Assembly (NCBI GenBank): GCA_020184695.1
Contig: JAANOX010000258.1
Coordinates: forward strand, 558,001-622,000
Length of the DNA stretch: 64,000 nucleotides
DNA from: Histomonas meleagridis 2922-C6/04-290x
Taxonomy: Eukaryota; Protista; Parabasalia
Direction: 5' to 3'
The notes under the pieces are model-generated. The model saw only the letters and a program-made list of their open reading frames with translations, was not told where the DNA came from and did not search any database. Within the stretch, counting starts at the first letter, position 1. The number at the start of each line of letters is the position of its first letter. Of the stretch, positions 63,782 to 64,000 are shown one piece after another. The position numbers were made by a program, and so were the translations under genes.

Positions 63782-64000
63782 TTGAATTCTAATTGAGTGT
63801 TCTGATCGATGAATGAAAGCACTTTATTGGTTGTCAAATACTATCAAAATATCTTTGTCATTAGGAGGATTCTTTCTTTAATGTTCTATACAAAAGACAT
63901 ATGATGATTTTATTGTGAAAATTGTATCATGAAAGATGTGATAAGATACTTGTGGTATATTATTGGTTCCATGTCTCTCAGTATATATTTAAAAGGAGTA

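Noticed and set aside
1-64000. tRNA, rRNA, transposase or integrase genes
   Set aside because: No cloverleaf, rRNA-like segment or DDE/recombinase motif recognised by eye; tRNAscan-SE/Infernal not run

Overview
AT-rich, gene-dense, almost intron-free eukaryotic DNA with parabasalid hallmarks (Trichomonas/Tritrichomonas/Histomonas-like; taxon inferred from sequence features). These include a GTATGT...CTAACACATAG intron with fused branch point/3' site, a DUF3447-ankyrin gene, BspA leucine-rich repeats and M3-like promoter motifs. About 24 protein genes are supported: PAP2 phosphatase, NAXD, PIG-B, CAMK, CK2-like kinase, Rpp21, TMEM62-like metallophosphoesterase, BspA, RhoGAP, SDR epimerase, pseudokinase-SEL1, exportin-7-like, BIG/GBF Sec7 GEF, Vps8-like, Tubby-like and several hypotheticals. 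Decayed Hsp70, BspA and DUF3447 fragments are also present. The standout signal is ankyrin repeats cut at the same loop position by AT-rich intervening sequences (IVS) that are not GT-AG introns. At 26.8-28.2 kb, seven IVS of 20n+8 nt separate intact 99/102-nt repeats; a divergent locus at 2.85-3.09 kb has a 68-nt IVS at the same position. Precise removal restores 33-34 aa repeats, suggesting a non-canonical RNA-processing or ribosome-bypass system. Pseudogene status is not excluded. No tRNA, rRNA, transposase or CRISPR was recognised.
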